From: Candidatus Eiseniibacteriota bacterium | GTDB lineage: Bacteria; Eisenbacteria; RBG-16-71-46 | DNA: 54,969 bases | Assembly (NCBI GenBank): GCA_031364845.1 | Contig: JANLWX010000181.1 | Coordinates: 1 to 54,969 of the forward strand | Reading direction: 5' to 3' | Shown: positions 1-10,900 of the stretch, piece by piece | Layout: every line of letters begins with the position of its first letter | Position numbering within the stretch: the first letter of the stretch is position 1 | Notes under the pieces: model-generated | The model's database searches: none | What the model was told of the DNA's origin: nothing | Seen by the model: the letters and a program-made list of their open reading frames with translations, nothing else | Translations under genes and position numbers: made by a program

Positions 1-374
1 GCGCGGGCCGCAAGCCGTTCCCGCACGCGCACCAGCGCCTCGGCCAGCCGCTCGCGGCCGAACGGCTTCAGCAGGTAGTCGACCGCGTGCACCTCGAAGG
101 CGCGCAGCGCGAATTCGTCGTATGCCGTGCAGAACACGACCACCGGCCCGCTGCCGATCAGCTCCAGCACCTCGAAACCGTCGAGCTTCGGCATCTGGAC
201 GTCGAGGAACACCACGTCCGGCGCGAGTTCCGCGATACGCTTTGCGGCCTCGAACCCATTCGCGCATTCGGCAACGATCTCGACTTCGGCGTCGGCCGCC
301 AGATACTCCTTGAGCAGCGCCCGCGCCGGCGCTTCGTCATCGACGATCACGGCGCGCATGCCGTTCTCAGGCAT
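1..374 (-). CDS. LytTR-family response regulator (receiver domain; 3' part lies outside window)
   Basis: Manual translation from ATG 374: MPENGMRAVIVDDEAPAR...VVFLDVQMPKLDGFEVL...VVFCTAYDEFALRAFEVHAVDYLLKPF, a receiver typical of AlgR/LytR regulators. Start overlaps the stop of the LytS-type kinase. Confidence 0.9.
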   Translation of the reverse strand, partial: MPENGMRAVIVDDEAPARALLKEYLAADAEVEIVAECANGFEAAKRIAELAPDVVFLDVQMPKLDGFEVLELIGSGPVVVFCTAYDEFALRAFEVHAVDYLLKPFGRERLAEALVRVRERLAAR

Positions 375-1470
375 GGAGCACCTCCGCGGCAGGCGCAAGC
401 GGCAACGCGGACGGCGCGACGTTCGCAGGCAGGCTGAGCGTGACGCGAAAACGGCCGGGCTCGCGCGTCACGGCGAGGTCCGTCGCGCCCGTACCGAGTG
501 CTTCGAGCCGGCGCCGGACATTGTCGAGCCCGAGGCCCCCTCCGCGGCGCGAGGGCGCATCGTCGTCGACCGGATTCTCGATCGCCACCATCAGCCGACC
601 CTCCGCGACATACGCCGCGAGGCGCACGGTTCCGCCTTCGATACGGTCCGCGACGCCGTGCTTGATCGCGTTCTCGATCAGCGGCTGCAGCAGCAGCGGC
701 GGCAACTCACATTCGAGCGCGCGCGGATCGACCGCGAGTTCCACGCGCAGACGCTCGCCGAATCGCACCTGTTCGATGGCAAGATAGCGCTCGACCAGCG
801 CCACTTCCTCACCGAGCGCGACCCGGTCGCGCGCGCCGAGCTGCAGGGTACGACGCAGGAAATCGCCGAGGCCTTCACACATGCGGCGCGCGCCTTCGGG
901 ATCTCCTCCGACCAGCGCGTTGATCGAGTTGAGGCTGTTGAACAGGAAGTGCGGATTGAGCTGGGCCCGCAGCGCGCGCAGTTCAGCTTCGCGCGCCATC
1001 ACCTGCGATCGCAGCGCCCGCTGGGCCGACTGGTGTGCAGCATCGACCGTGAGAAACAGGTAGTGGACGACCGCCGACAGCAGATAGAGCGGAAGCCCGA
1101 GCACGAACAGCACGCCCAGGTCGCGCAGGATGCCCGCACGATCGAGCCCGACACCGCCGAACTGGAGCAGCAGCACCGACCACAGCGTGCCCGCGCCGAT
1201 CCACACACCGCTCGACTGGAGTGCCGCCCCTCCCTGGTTCAGGGCGGCGTCGAGCAACCGCCCGTTCTCGAGCGGCGCCGAGCGGCACACCCACCACGCC
1301 GAGAGGCACACCGCGCCGTAGAACGCAGCGAGCGGAACCGCGAGCACGATCGCGTGCGCGAGCGGCCGCGGTGTCGCGATCATGAGCATGCCGGCGAGCA
1401 GCAGTCCCAGGAGCGCCCACGCCCCGAAGTAGAGCAGCAGTCGCGCCGGCCGTGCGAACAGGGGATGCAC
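367..1470 (-). CDS. LytS/YehU-type sensor histidine kinase (His_kinase PF06580-like)
   Basis: Four N-terminal hydrophobic segments; ELRALRAQLNPHFLFNSLNSI H-box, LQPLIENAIKHG N-box, GLGLDNVRRRL G-box. Confidence 0.93.
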   Translation of the reverse strand: MHPLFARPARLLLYFGAWALLGLLLAGMLMIATPRPLAHAIVLAVPLAAFYGAVCLSAWWVCRSAPLENGRLLDAALNQGGAALQSSGVWIGAGTLWSVLLLQFGGVGLDRAGILRDLGVLFVLGLPLYLLSAVVHYLFLTVDAAHQSAQRALRSQVMAREAELRALRAQLNPHFLFNSLNSINALVGGDPEGARRMCEGLGDFLRRTLQLGARDRVALGEEVALVERYLAIEQVRFGERLRVELAVDPRALECELPPLLLQPLIENAIKHGVADRIEGGTVRLAAYVAEGRLMVAIENPVDDDAPSRRGGGLGLDNVRRRLEALGTGATDLAVTREPGRFRVTLSLPANVAPSALPLAPAAEVLHA

Positions 1471-1472
1471 CG

Positions 1473-2231
1473 TCAGTCTCCCATCACGCGGCTCTGGATT
1501 TCCTGGGCCTTGCGCTGGATGGCCTCATCGCGGCTGCCGCGACCGTGCTTCACTTCGATCCCGCCCATCACCACGCTGCCCTTGATCACCAGCGTCGGCG
1601 CCGCGGGATCGACCGGCGGCACGGTCGAGTCGTCGAACCCGCCCAGAATTGGCGTCACCTCGCCGATGATGCGCCAGCCCACCGGCACGATGATCTCGAT
1701 CCCGCCCCACATCGCGAACACGTCGACCACGGCGCGCCCATCGGCCGGGGATGCCGAACGGAAGTCCGCGACGACTCCGCCCATGACCGCGCTGAGTTCG
1801 CCCTGTCGCAGCGACTGCGAGATCACCTTGCGCTCAGCAGCACCCATCATCGCGAACGTGCTGAACGTCGCACCGCTCTCGTCCGCGCTGGTCACCGACG
1901 GGGCGCCCTTCCATGCGCGCGAGACGATGACGGCGCCGACGATGATCAGAAACAGCGGCCACAGCTCGAACACCGAAACGCGGATCATGCCGAGCTCGTT
2001 GAATAGAGACGCGCCCCCGATCAACGTCCAGATCGCGCCCGGCACCAGGTGCTGCCTGACGCCGATCCCGGTGAGTGCCATCACGCCGTATCCGAGCGCC
2101 AGCACCGGCCACCAGCGCAGATATTCCGAAGCGTCGATCAGGCCGAGATTGTCGAGCGTCCACGACAACCCGAGGGCAAGGACTGCCACGCCGAAGAACA
2201 GGCGCGCATTCAGCGGATTACGTTCACTCAT
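1473..2231 (-). CDS. LiaF-like membrane protein (LiaF/DUF5668 TM region plus DUF2154-like C-terminal domain)
   Basis: TM region with LRWWPVLAL and LWPLFLIIVG motifs; C-terminal AMMG/AVMGG/AMWGGIEIIVPVGW/VMGGIEVK repeats. Start set at ATG 2231, which overlaps the upstream stop. Confidence 0.8.
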   Translation of the reverse strand: MSERNPLNARLFFGVAVLALGLSWTLDNLGLIDASEYLRWWPVLALGYGVMALTGIGVRQHLVPGAIWTLIGGASLFNELGMIRVSVFELWPLFLIIVGAVIVSRAWKGAPSVTSADESGATFSTFAMMGAAERKVISQSLRQGELSAVMGGVVADFRSASPADGRAVVDVFAMWGGIEIIVPVGWRIIGEVTPILGGFDDSTVPPVDPAAPTLVIKGSVVMGGIEVKHGRGSRDEAIQRKAQEIQSRVMGD

Positions 2232-2499
2232 GGATTCTCTCCCGGGATTGAGCCGCGCGTGACGACTGGCGGGCAACCAGCCAGCCGAACGCGAACGCGA
2301 TCGGCACGAGTGACAGCTGCGCGATGCCGGCGATGGCCGCGCGCACGATGGACGAGGATTCGAAGACCGGCATCACGCGATGCCACGGCACGAACGTGAA
2401 CAGGAGCGTGTTCTGCACCAGCAGCCACAGAGTGCACGCGGCGCACGTCACGAACAGGGCCGCGCGCAGGTTGGGCGAACGCGTGAGCCGGCTAGACAC
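2224..2499 (-). CDS. Small hypothetical membrane protein
   Basis: GTG 2499 overlaps the stop of the upstream gene and its own stop overlaps the next start; two hydrophobic segments. Confidence 0.55.
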   Translation of the reverse strand: MSSRLTRSPNLRAALFVTCAACTLWLLVQNTLLFTFVPWHRVMPVFESSSIVRAAIAGIAQLSLVPIAFAFGWLVARQSSRAAQSRERIHE

Positions 2500-2869
2500 G
2501 ACGCTGCTCCTTAACCCTGACGTGCTGGTCGGGCAACCAGTATCCGGCGAGCGAGCGGACGACCATTCCGGCGCCCGCGGCGACCAGTGCGAGCGGCCAC
2601 GAGTTCTGCCATTCGAGGCCGAACCATTCGTTCGCCACGACCAGGAACCACATCCCCAGCATGGTCGTGGTAACCGCACTGCCGACGTCATCGGCGCTGC
2701 GCGGGAAGATGAACTTCGAAAGTCCGATCGTGATCACGATCAGCGGCCACCAGCGAAATTCCTGTGCCCACGGCGGCAGCATCCCGGAGCGATCCATGAG
2801 GAACAGTCCTCCGTACAGCATGAGGACGACTCCCCAGATCATCCGGCGCCAGTCACGTTCGAGTCCCAT
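2492..2869 (-). CDS. LiaF/LiaI-like four-TM protein (DUF5668-like)
   Basis: WGVVLMLYGGLFLMD...WWPLIVITIGL...SWPLALVAAGAGMV; strong SD (GAGGAGG) upstream. Confidence 0.8.
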   Translation of the reverse strand: MGLERDWRRMIWGVVLMLYGGLFLMDRSGMLPPWAQEFRWWPLIVITIGLSKFIFPRSADDVGSAVTTTMLGMWFLVVANEWFGLEWQNSWPLALVAAGAGMVVRSLAGYWLPDQHVRVKEQRRV

Positions 2870-2937
2870 GATCCCTCCTCAAGCCCGGCGGTCCCGCGCG
2901 GATCGCGGCGAGCACCGGTGCCTCACGTCACACAGGC

Positions 2938-3026
2938 AAGTTACGGCGACTTCCGCAGTACGGCCCGCGGCTTTCGGCGAATGGAGGTCCGGCACCGGCG
3001 AACGGAGAACGGCGGCCGGCGGAAGG
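2938..3026 (-). promoter_or_regulatory. LytTR-type promoter: three direct repeats with 21-bp period plus -10 (TAACTT)
   Basis: Minus-strand CCTTCCGCCG (3017-3026), CCGTTCGCCG (2996-3005), CCATTCGCCG (2975-2984); TAACTT at 2938-2943. Confidence 0.75.
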
Positions 3027-3050
3027 TGGTGGAATCGGGGATCGTCGGGC

Positions 3051-3278
3051 CTACGGCCCGGTCTCCGCCATCCGCGCGGCGCGTTTCGCCGCGGAATCCT
3101 GCTCGGCGAGCGCACGGGTGACGACCGAGGCACCCGGCAGACCGGAGACACCGATCAGACTGTCGCGCTCGCGATCCGACAGCGTCCGCGGCGGGGGTTC
3201 CTGCTTCGCGCAACCGGGCGCTGAGAGCGCGCACGCCGCGAAGGCGAGCGCCACGAACGTGCGTACGAAGCCTTTCAT
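3051..3278 (-). CDS. Small putative lipoprotein
   Basis: GGAGG SD, then MKGFVRTFVALAFAACALSAPGC (signal with lipobox-like Cys); 75 aa. Confidence 0.65.
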   Translation of the reverse strand: MKGFVRTFVALAFAACALSAPGCAKQEPPPRTLSDRERDSLIGVSGLPGASVVTRALAEQDSAAKRAARMAETGP

Positions 3279-3453
3279 GTTCGCCTCCATGCAGGGTGGG
3301 TGCGCGGAACGCGGAAGACATTCCGCTACGCGCCGCATTATTCCCGACCCTGCGTCGTGATGCACGGCGGCCGCGCGCCTTCACGAAACAACCCACCCGC
3401 TGAAGAGGGCCCCGCGTGCGGCGGCCGCGCGCGGCTTCTGATACTTTCCGCCG

Positions 3454-5061
3454 ATGCGCCTGATCCTCGCGTTGCTCGTCGTCGTGTGCGGACTCGTGCT
3501 GTTCACCGGACTCGACCGCACGGGGTTGCTCGACACGCGCGAGGCGCGCGACGGCCAGGTCGCGCGCGAAGTCGCCGCGACGCGCGAGGTGATCACGCCG
3601 CTGCTCGGGACCGAGCCGCTGTTCGAGAAACCAATCCTCGCCTACGGACCCGACGCCACGCTGCGCGTGCTGTCGCGCTATCCCGAACTCTACTCGCGGG
3701 TTCTGCGCGCGATCGTCGCGGTGATGCTCGTGATGGTGGTGGGCTCGGTGGCGGCCGTGCACTTCGGCGCGCGTGCGGGGCTGATCGCGAGCGGGGTGCT
3801 GCTGACGTGCTTCGTGCTGCCGCACGCCGCGCGCATGGACGGCACGCAGTTGCTCGCGACACTGTTCGCGTGGCTCGGCGTGGTGGGCTTTGCCGACGCG
3901 CTGTTCGACGCGCGACCCGGGCGCGCGGTGAGACTCGTGTTCGCATATGCCGCGCTCGGACTCGCGTTCATCACCGGCGGCCCGCTGCCGGCGTTGTGGC
4001 CACTCGGCGCGGTGGCGCTCTATCTCGGCCTGCGGCGGCGCAACGACCTGTGGTCGCGCCTCCAGCCGCTCGCGGGCCTCACGCTCGTACTCGGCATGGG
4101 CGTGCCGTGGTACGGCGCGATGATCGAGCGCCACGGCGGCCCGTTTCTCGAGCACGTCGCGTTCTTCCCGTACGCCGTCGAACCGCGCGGCCCGATCTTC
4201 TCGGGGCCATTGCTCATGTTGAGCTATGTGGTGATCGGCCTGTTTCCGTGGAGCACGCTGTTGCCGGGCGCGATCCTGCACGCGGCCACCTGGTGGCGCC
4301 GGGGCGGTACCCGGCCCGAGCTGGAGCGTGTGCGCGAGGGCCGCGAGGAAAACGCGGCGCACTTCTTCATCGCGTGCCTCGTCATGGCCGCGGCCCCGCT
4401 GCTGCTCTACCCGACGCCGCCGCTCACGGCGATCCTGCCGGCCGCCCCCGCCGCCGCGCTCTTGTGCGCGCGGCTGCTGGACCATGCGTTCGAGAACGCC
4501 GAGCGCGTGCGGGCGCCGATCGAACGCGCGGTCGTGATGATGGCGCTGATCGGAACCATGAGTGCGATCATGGTGGTGCTCGCCGCCGGCGCGTTGCGTG
4601 GCGCGGCGACGGAATTGCGGCTGGTGGGCACGGTGCTGTTCGCCACGTCGTGGGCGCCGTTCCTCGCGAACTTCATGGGTCGTCGCGTGCTCGCCGCGCT
4701 GCTGCTGCTGCTGCCGGTCGCGATCGGAGCTCCGGTGGTCACGATCAAGCTGCTGCCCGCGATGGAGAACTATCTGAGCACGCGTCCGGTGGCGATCGCG
4801 ATGGAAACGGTGGCCCCCGAGCGCGCGACGCTGGTGCTGATCGACCCACCGCCGCCATCGCTGCGTCTGTACGGCGAGCACAATCTCGTCGTCGCCGATT
4901 CGCTGCGAAGCTCGCTGCTCGCGGAACGGTCGGCCGACGGCCTCGCCTACCTCGCGTTCCGTCCCGCGCGTGAGCACGATGCGGCGCGCGAGGCACACAG
5001 CCCGATCGAGATCCTGCTGCGCACACCGGCGCTGGTGCTCGCGCGCGTCCACCCGCGCTGA
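3454..5061 (+). CDS. ArnT/PMT_2-like (GT83/GT39-type) membrane glycosyltransferase
   Basis: Multi-TM protein; DTREARDGQVAREV and PLFEKPIL motifs, ARMD, GVPWYGAM, GLFPWS typical of the ArnT family. Confidence 0.8.
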   Translation: MRLILALLVVVCGLVLFTGLDRTGLLDTREARDGQVAREVAATREVITPLLGTEPLFEKPILAYGPDATLRVLSRYPELYSRVLRAIVAVMLVMVVGSVAAVHFGARAGLIASGVLLTCFVLPHAARMDGTQLLATLFAWLGVVGFADALFDARPGRAVRLVFAYAALGLAFITGGPLPALWPLGAVALYLGLRRRNDLWSRLQPLAGLTLVLGMGVPWYGAMIERHGGPFLEHVAFFPYAVEPRGPIFSGPLLMLSYVVIGLFPWSTLLPGAILHAATWWRRGGTRPELERVREGREENAAHFFIACLVMAAAPLLLYPTPPLTAILPAAPAAALLCARLLDHAFENAERVRAPIERAVVMMALIGTMSAIMVVLAAGALRGAATELRLVGTVLFATSWAPFLANFMGRRVLAALLLLLPVAIGAPVVTIKLLPAMENYLSTRPVAIAMETVAPERATLVLIDPPPPSLRLYGEHNLVVADSLRSSLLAERSADGLAYLAFRPAREHDAAREAHSPIEILLRTPALVLARVHPR

Positions 5062-5074
5062 TCCATCGGCGCGG

Positions 5075-7912
5075 TCAGCGGACGATCAGCAGCTTGCCCG
5101 TCAGCACGCCTTCGTCCGCCACCACGCGATAGAAGTAGGCGCCGGGCTCCATTCGCGTCGCACCGTCGGCGAGCGACAAAGGGAATCGGTGACGACCCGC
5201 ATCCATGACCCGCGAAGTGCACGGCGCCGCGACCGGGCGCCCTTCGAGGTCATAGAGTCGAACGTCCACCGTGCCGCGCCGCGTGAGCACCAGCTCGATC
5301 GTCCCGTGATTCCGGAGCGGATTGGGAGAAATTGCCGCGGAGAAACCTCCGGCCACGATCGCGGAATCCGGTTGCGAGACGCTCACGGACCCGGGCAACC
5401 GGACGATCGAGACATCATCGATCTGGAATACCTCGGGGGATGCGATCTGGTAATCCTTGATTTCGAATTCGAGCGTCGAGCCGGCCGTGAGCGTGCGGAT
5501 CTCGGCCGAGATCTTTTGCCAAGCGGGAGACAGCGCCACGGTCGGCGAGAAGACGGTGGTGCCCTGTTGGACACCGTTCAGGAATTCGCGGATCACAAGT
5601 TTTGAGTTGCCGGTGCTGGATGCAGAACGCACCCACGCCGAATACTGATAGACGGTCCCGCCCGCAGGCACCGTCACCCAGTTCGGGTCGTCTCCGAGTC
5701 CGATCGTCGTCGATCCCGTCGCTCGAACTTCGGCGCAGAACGCGCCGCTGTGTCCGCCTCCGACGCGCGCGACGGTCGCGAGCCCGTACGCTACCCACCC
5801 CGTGAGGGCGCCTTCGAACCCGCCGTTTCCGCAGACATTGGCGGCACCGGCTCCGACCAGGAACGTCGTGAGCGCGGATCCGGTCATCGAATTGGAGGCG
5901 GTGAACGAAACGGGATATCCGGACGCACGCGCGTTCGACGCGGCGGGCGTCCACGTGAGCGTACCGCCGGTGCGTGTGGGGTTGGTCACGAAAGTGGCGT
6001 TGCTGCCCGCGGGCAACTGCGACAGATCGGCCGTCAGCGCCGTGATCGCATCGCCGTCGGGATCGGCAGCCGTGACCGTGACGGTTACGCGCTCCCCCGG
6101 CGCGGCGTTGACCGTGTCGGGTGCGGTGACGTTCGGGGCGCGATTGGCCGTGATATGGATCGTGACGCGCGCCGTGTCGGTCGCGCCGTACGCGTCCATC
6201 ACGATCACCGCCGCCGAGTGATCTCCAGGGCCATACGTATGCGTGATCATCGGTGTCTTTTGCGAAGGTGGCGCGGGCGTTCCGTCACCGAAGTCGAACG
6301 TGTAAGTGATGATGTTTCCGTCGGCATCCGTGGTGGCCGTGGCGTCCAACTGTATGAGCTGAGGGGCAACGCCCTGCGTCAGGTTCGAGCGCAGCGCGGC
6401 GACCGGATACAGGTTGCGATACTCGGTCGCGCCCAGATCCGCATAGGCCGGCGGTCCCGCGCCTGCGTTTGTCGTCGCGGGATCGTCGAATCGCGACTGA
6501 TTCACGCAGTCGCTCGACGGGCACGCCACCGGCGCCGCCGTGGCCGCGTCGATTGCGGGTGAACCGGCGCGCAGCCGAAAGTCACCCGTCGACGGGTTGA
6601 AAAATCGCGGGCTCTCGGAGCGTGAATGAAGATCGAGACCGGACGCAGATCGGTATTCAGCCAGGCTCCCGAACTGGAATCCGCGGAACTTGATGGGCTT
6701 CTGGGACGTCGAGTTCCAGATGATGTTGTAGTCCGATTCGAATCCTTCGGCGGATGCGTCTTCCACCCACAGATTGTATTCGTTGGTGGTCAGGCCGTTG
6801 TTGATCGCGATGCAATTGAACATCGCTCCGCGCTTGGACACACCTTCAAACGAGAATCCATCGCGCAAGTTGCCCTGGGCGACGTCGTGGAAGTGTCGGA
6901 TATTGGTCGCGCGCACGTGATCGAAGCCGTGATCGCCGTTCGCCCAGCTCACGTTGTTGCGCGAGAGCCCGTTCGAGGCTCCGTTGACGAACTGGAGACC
7001 GGAGTCCTGATTGTGATGGAACCGGTTGTTCTCGACGACGCATTCGGACGACCCGTCGATGTCGACGCCATTCGCAGCGCGCACGCTGGGACGCGCATTG
7101 CGGAACGACTCGTTGTTCGCGATCCGGCAGCGCGCGGAGCCGCTCTTCACGATGATGCCGTGGTCGCCATTGTCGCTGACCTTGTTGCGCGACAGTTCCA
7201 CATCGGGCGCCGCGGTCACGTCGATGCCGTACTTGTAAGCGAAGCGGATCGTGCAGTCGCGAACGATGGCCTCGGGGCCGCCTACCAGCACCGCGCGATC
7301 GTCGGTGCGGTTGATCTCGAGCCCTTCGACGATCACCTGCGCGCCCGAGATGTAGATTCCGGTCGGTCGGCGACCGACTTCACATGCATGCGATCCCGGG
7401 TTGTCCCCGATGTTCACATAGAGGCCTTCACCCGAGACCCATCGAAACGTCTGCAGCGGCAACGTCGCCGGCAAGGCGGGTCCAGGCGACAGGCGGGCGC
7501 CGTCGATGAACACCTGCAACGGCTGCCATGTGACCGCTGCCGCGAGGTGGACGCCGCCGGAGGTCGCGGTCCACTGCGCGGGGACCGAGAAACCTTCCGA
7601 TCCGGTGACGATGGCGCCGGGACCAGACGCCTTGAGGACGATCGGCAGGTCCGGCGTTCCCGAAGCCGACAACGTCACGGTCTCGCGATAGGTGCCCGGC
7701 CGCACGATGATCGTATTGCCTGCGGATCCGAATGCCGTGACCGCGCCCTGGATCGTGCGGCACGGAACCTCGCTGGTTCCGGGACCGGAGTCACTCGCGC
7801 CGGGCCGGCTCGGATCGACATAGTAGTCGCGTGCTTCAGCACGGGATGCGATGACCTGCAACGTGAGCGCCGTGATCAGGAAGCATGCAACCCGGGGAAC
7901 GATCGTTCGCAT
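5075..7912 (-). CDS. Secreted beta-helix protein, paralog 1 (beta-helix, PKD, 1 Ig repeat, CBM4/9-like, FlgD/T9SS-like CTD)
   Basis: Signal peptide; YYVD..P.RTIQ start; parallel beta-helix repeats; GSPAIDAA..DLGATEY (choice-of-anchor Q-like); YTFDFGDG PKD; NGGFE..W CBM; PNP...GAYFYRV CTD. Confidence 0.85.
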   Translation of the reverse strand: MRTIVPRVACFLITALTLQVIASRAEARDYYVDPSRPGASDSGPGTSEVPCRTIQGAVTAFGSAGNTIIVRPGTYRETVTLSASGTPDLPIVLKASGPGAIVTGSEGFSVPAQWTATSGGVHLAAAVTWQPLQVFIDGARLSPGPALPATLPLQTFRWVSGEGLYVNIGDNPGSHACEVGRRPTGIYISGAQVIVEGLEINRTDDRAVLVGGPEAIVRDCTIRFAYKYGIDVTAAPDVELSRNKVSDNGDHGIIVKSGSARCRIANNESFRNARPSVRAANGVDIDGSSECVVENNRFHHNQDSGLQFVNGASNGLSRNNVSWANGDHGFDHVRATNIRHFHDVAQGNLRDGFSFEGVSKRGAMFNCIAINNGLTTNEYNLWVEDASAEGFESDYNIIWNSTSQKPIKFRGFQFGSLAEYRSASGLDLHSRSESPRFFNPSTGDFRLRAGSPAIDAATAAPVACPSSDCVNQSRFDDPATTNAGAGPPAYADLGATEYRNLYPVAALRSNLTQGVAPQLIQLDATATTDADGNIITYTFDFGDGTPAPPSQKTPMITHTYGPGDHSAAVIVMDAYGATDTARVTIHITANRAPNVTAPDTVNAAPGERVTVTVTAADPDGDAITALTADLSQLPAGSNATFVTNPTRTGGTLTWTPAASNARASGYPVSFTASNSMTGSALTTFLVGAGAANVCGNGGFEGALTGWVAYGLATVARVGGGHSGAFCAEVRATGSTTIGLGDDPNWVTVPAGGTVYQYSAWVRSASSTGNSKLVIREFLNGVQQGTTVFSPTVALSPAWQKISAEIRTLTAGSTLEFEIKDYQIASPEVFQIDDVSIVRLPGSVSVSQPDSAIVAGGFSAAISPNPLRNHGTIELVLTRRGTVDVRLYDLEGRPVAAPCTSRVMDAGRHRFPLSLADGATRMEPGAYFYRVVADEGVLTGKLLIVR

Positions 7913-7914
7913 GC

Positions 7915-10900
7915 TCAACGGACCACCAGCACCTTTCCGGTCAGCACACCCTCGTCCGCGACGACGCGATAGAAGTAGGCGCCGGGCGCGACTCGGGTCC
8001 TGGGGTCCGCCAATGACACGGCGATCCGGTGATGGCCCGCATCCATGACGCTCGAAGCGCAGGGCGATGCGACGGAGCGGCCTTCGAGGTCATAGATCTG
8101 AACGTCCACCGAACCCCGGCGCGTGAGCACGAGATCGAGGGTGCCCTCGCTCCGGATGGGATTGGGTGTGATCGCGGCGGAGAAACGGTCGAGTACCGGC
8201 GACAGGTTTGCGCGGGAAACTCGTCCATCTCCGCCAGACTCGGAAGCAACGCGGACAATCGCGACGTCGTCGATCTGGAAGACTTCCGGCGACGTGGCCT
8301 GGTAGTCCTTGATCTCGAACTCGAGTGTGGAGCCGGCTTTGAGCGTGCGGATGTCGGCCGAGATCATCTGCCACTCCGGAGACAGGCGGACCGCCGTCGA
8401 ATAGACCGTCACGCCCTGCTGCGTGCCGCTCAGGAATTCGCGGATCACGAGTTTCGCGCTGCCGGTGCTCGCGGCCGAACGCACCCATGCGGAATACCGA
8501 TAGACGATTCCCGCCGCGGGCACCGTCACCCAGTTCGGCAGGTCTCCGAGCCCGATGGTCGTGGACCCGGTCGCGCGGACCTCGGCGCAGAACGCGCCGC
8601 TGTGCCCGCCTTCGACGCGCGCAATCGTCGCGGGCCCGTACGCTCCCCAGCCGCTTACCCCGGACTCGAACCCGGCATTGCCGCACAGATTGGATTCGGT
8701 TCCGGCGCCGACAAAGATCGTGGTGCCTGCCGAGCCGCCCATCGCGTTCGACGCGGTGAACATCACGCGATAACCCGACGCGCGCGCATCGGACGCGACC
8801 GGCGTCCATGTGAGTGTTCCGCCGGTACGCGCGAGGTTCACGACGAAGCTCGCGTTGCTCCCCGCCGGCAGCAGCGATAGGTCCGCCACGAGTGCCGTGA
8901 GCGGATCGCCGTCGGGATCCGCGGCGGAGACGGACATCGTGAGTCGTTCGCCGGGGGTTGCGTTGGCGGTGACGGGCGCGGTGATGATCGGAGCGTGATC
9001 GGCCGCGGCGTCGGTGACGTCGGCGACCTGAACATCGTCGATCTCGAAATCCTCGCCGGCCAAGCCGACCGCGCCTTTGATCTCGAATTCGATCGATGAG
9101 CCGGGCCGGACGGTCGTGAGCTCCGCCGCGACCGGCTGCCACACCGGCGACAGCCGGACGGCCGCGGAGATGGCACCGGGTCCTTGCAGCATCCCCGACA
9201 GGTATTCACGCAGCTGAATCTTGACCGTGCCCGTGCTCGACGCGGAGCGAACCCACGCGGAGTACTGGTAACGGATGCCCGCCGCGGGCACGTTCGAAAC
9301 GACATTCGGATGATCCGCGAGCCCGACCGCCTGCGCCGCTCCCGCGAACACGGCGACCGATGACGATCCGCTGTGACCTCCGACCACGCGCGCGACACTC
9401 GCCGGACCGTACGCTTCCCAGCCGCTGAGATCGGATTCCATGCCCGGGTTCGCGCACAGGTTCTGGGCGATCGTGATCGCAGTCTGTGCTGTGTCCTTCG
9501 CGCCGAAGGCATCGGTGACGATCACGGTCGCGGTGTGAACGCCCGCGCCGTAGACATGCGTGATGAGCGGCGACAACTGCGCGGCCACCACGGGCGATCC
9601 GTCGCCGAAGTCGAATGTATAGGACACCACACCTCCGTCGGCGTCCGACGACGACGCGGCGTCGAACTCGACCGCCTGCGGCGCGATGCCATGCGTCAGG
9701 TTCGAGCGCACGGCGACGACCGGTGCCGCGTTGCGGTACTCGCTCGCTCCGAGATCCGCATAGTCCGGTGAACCCGAGCCCGCATTCGCCGTCGCGGGAT
9801 CGTCGAAACGTGATTGATCCGCGGCGTCGAGCAACGGGTACGACGCAGAGTCGGCCGTGGCCGCGTCGATCGCGGGCGAACCCGCCCGCAGGCGAAAGTC
9901 GCCGGCTGCCGCGTTCATGAACCGCGCGTCCTGCGCGCGCGAGTGACGGTCGAGACCCGATGAGGAACTGTATTCGGCCAGGTTCAGGAACTGGAATCCA
10001 CGAAACTTGATCGGCTTCTGCGGTGTCGAATTCCAGAAAATGTTGTAGTCGGAGACGAATCCTTCCGACGAAGCCTCGTCCACCCACAGATTGAACTCCC
10101 GGGTTGCGAGGCCGTTGTCGGTCGCGATGCAGTTGTTCAGTGATCCACCGCCCGAGAAACCTTCGAATGAAAATCCATCCCGGGCATTGGCATGCGCGAC
10201 GTCGTGGAAATGCCGGATGCCGGTCGTTCGGACATGGTCGAAGCCGTGATCGCCGTTCGCCCAGCTCGCGTTGTTGCGCGACAGGCCGTTGTTCGCGCCG
10301 TTGACGAACTGCATGCCGGAATCCTGATTGTGATGGAACCGGTTGTTCTCGACGACGCAGTCGATCGATCCATCGACATCGAGACCATTCGCCGCCCGCG
10401 CGCCCGGGCGCGCGTTGCGGAACGACTCGTTGTACGCAATCCGGCAGCGCGTGGATTCCTTCTTCACAATGATGCCGTGGTCGCCATTGTCGCTGACCGT
10501 GTTGCTCAGCAACTGCACATCGGGGGCCGACGTCACATCGATGCCGTACTTGTTCGCGAAGCGGATCGTGCACTCACGGATGATGGCGTGCGCACCGCCC
10601 ACCAACACGGCACGGTCGTCGTGGCGGTTGATCTCGAATCCTTCGACGATTCCGTACACACCCGAGAGGAAGATGCCGGTGGCCCGCCGGCCGACTTCGC
10701 AGGCGTGCGATCCCGGGTTGTCCCCGACGTTCACATAGAGGCCTTCGCCGGGAATCCATCGGAATGTTTGAGGCGGAAGCGGCGCCGGCAGTGCGGGAGC
10801 GGGAGCGAGCCGCACTCCGTCGATGAACACCTGAAACGGTTGCCACGTGACGGCGGCGGCGAGATGGACGCCGTCGGCGATCGGCGCCCACTGGGCGGGG

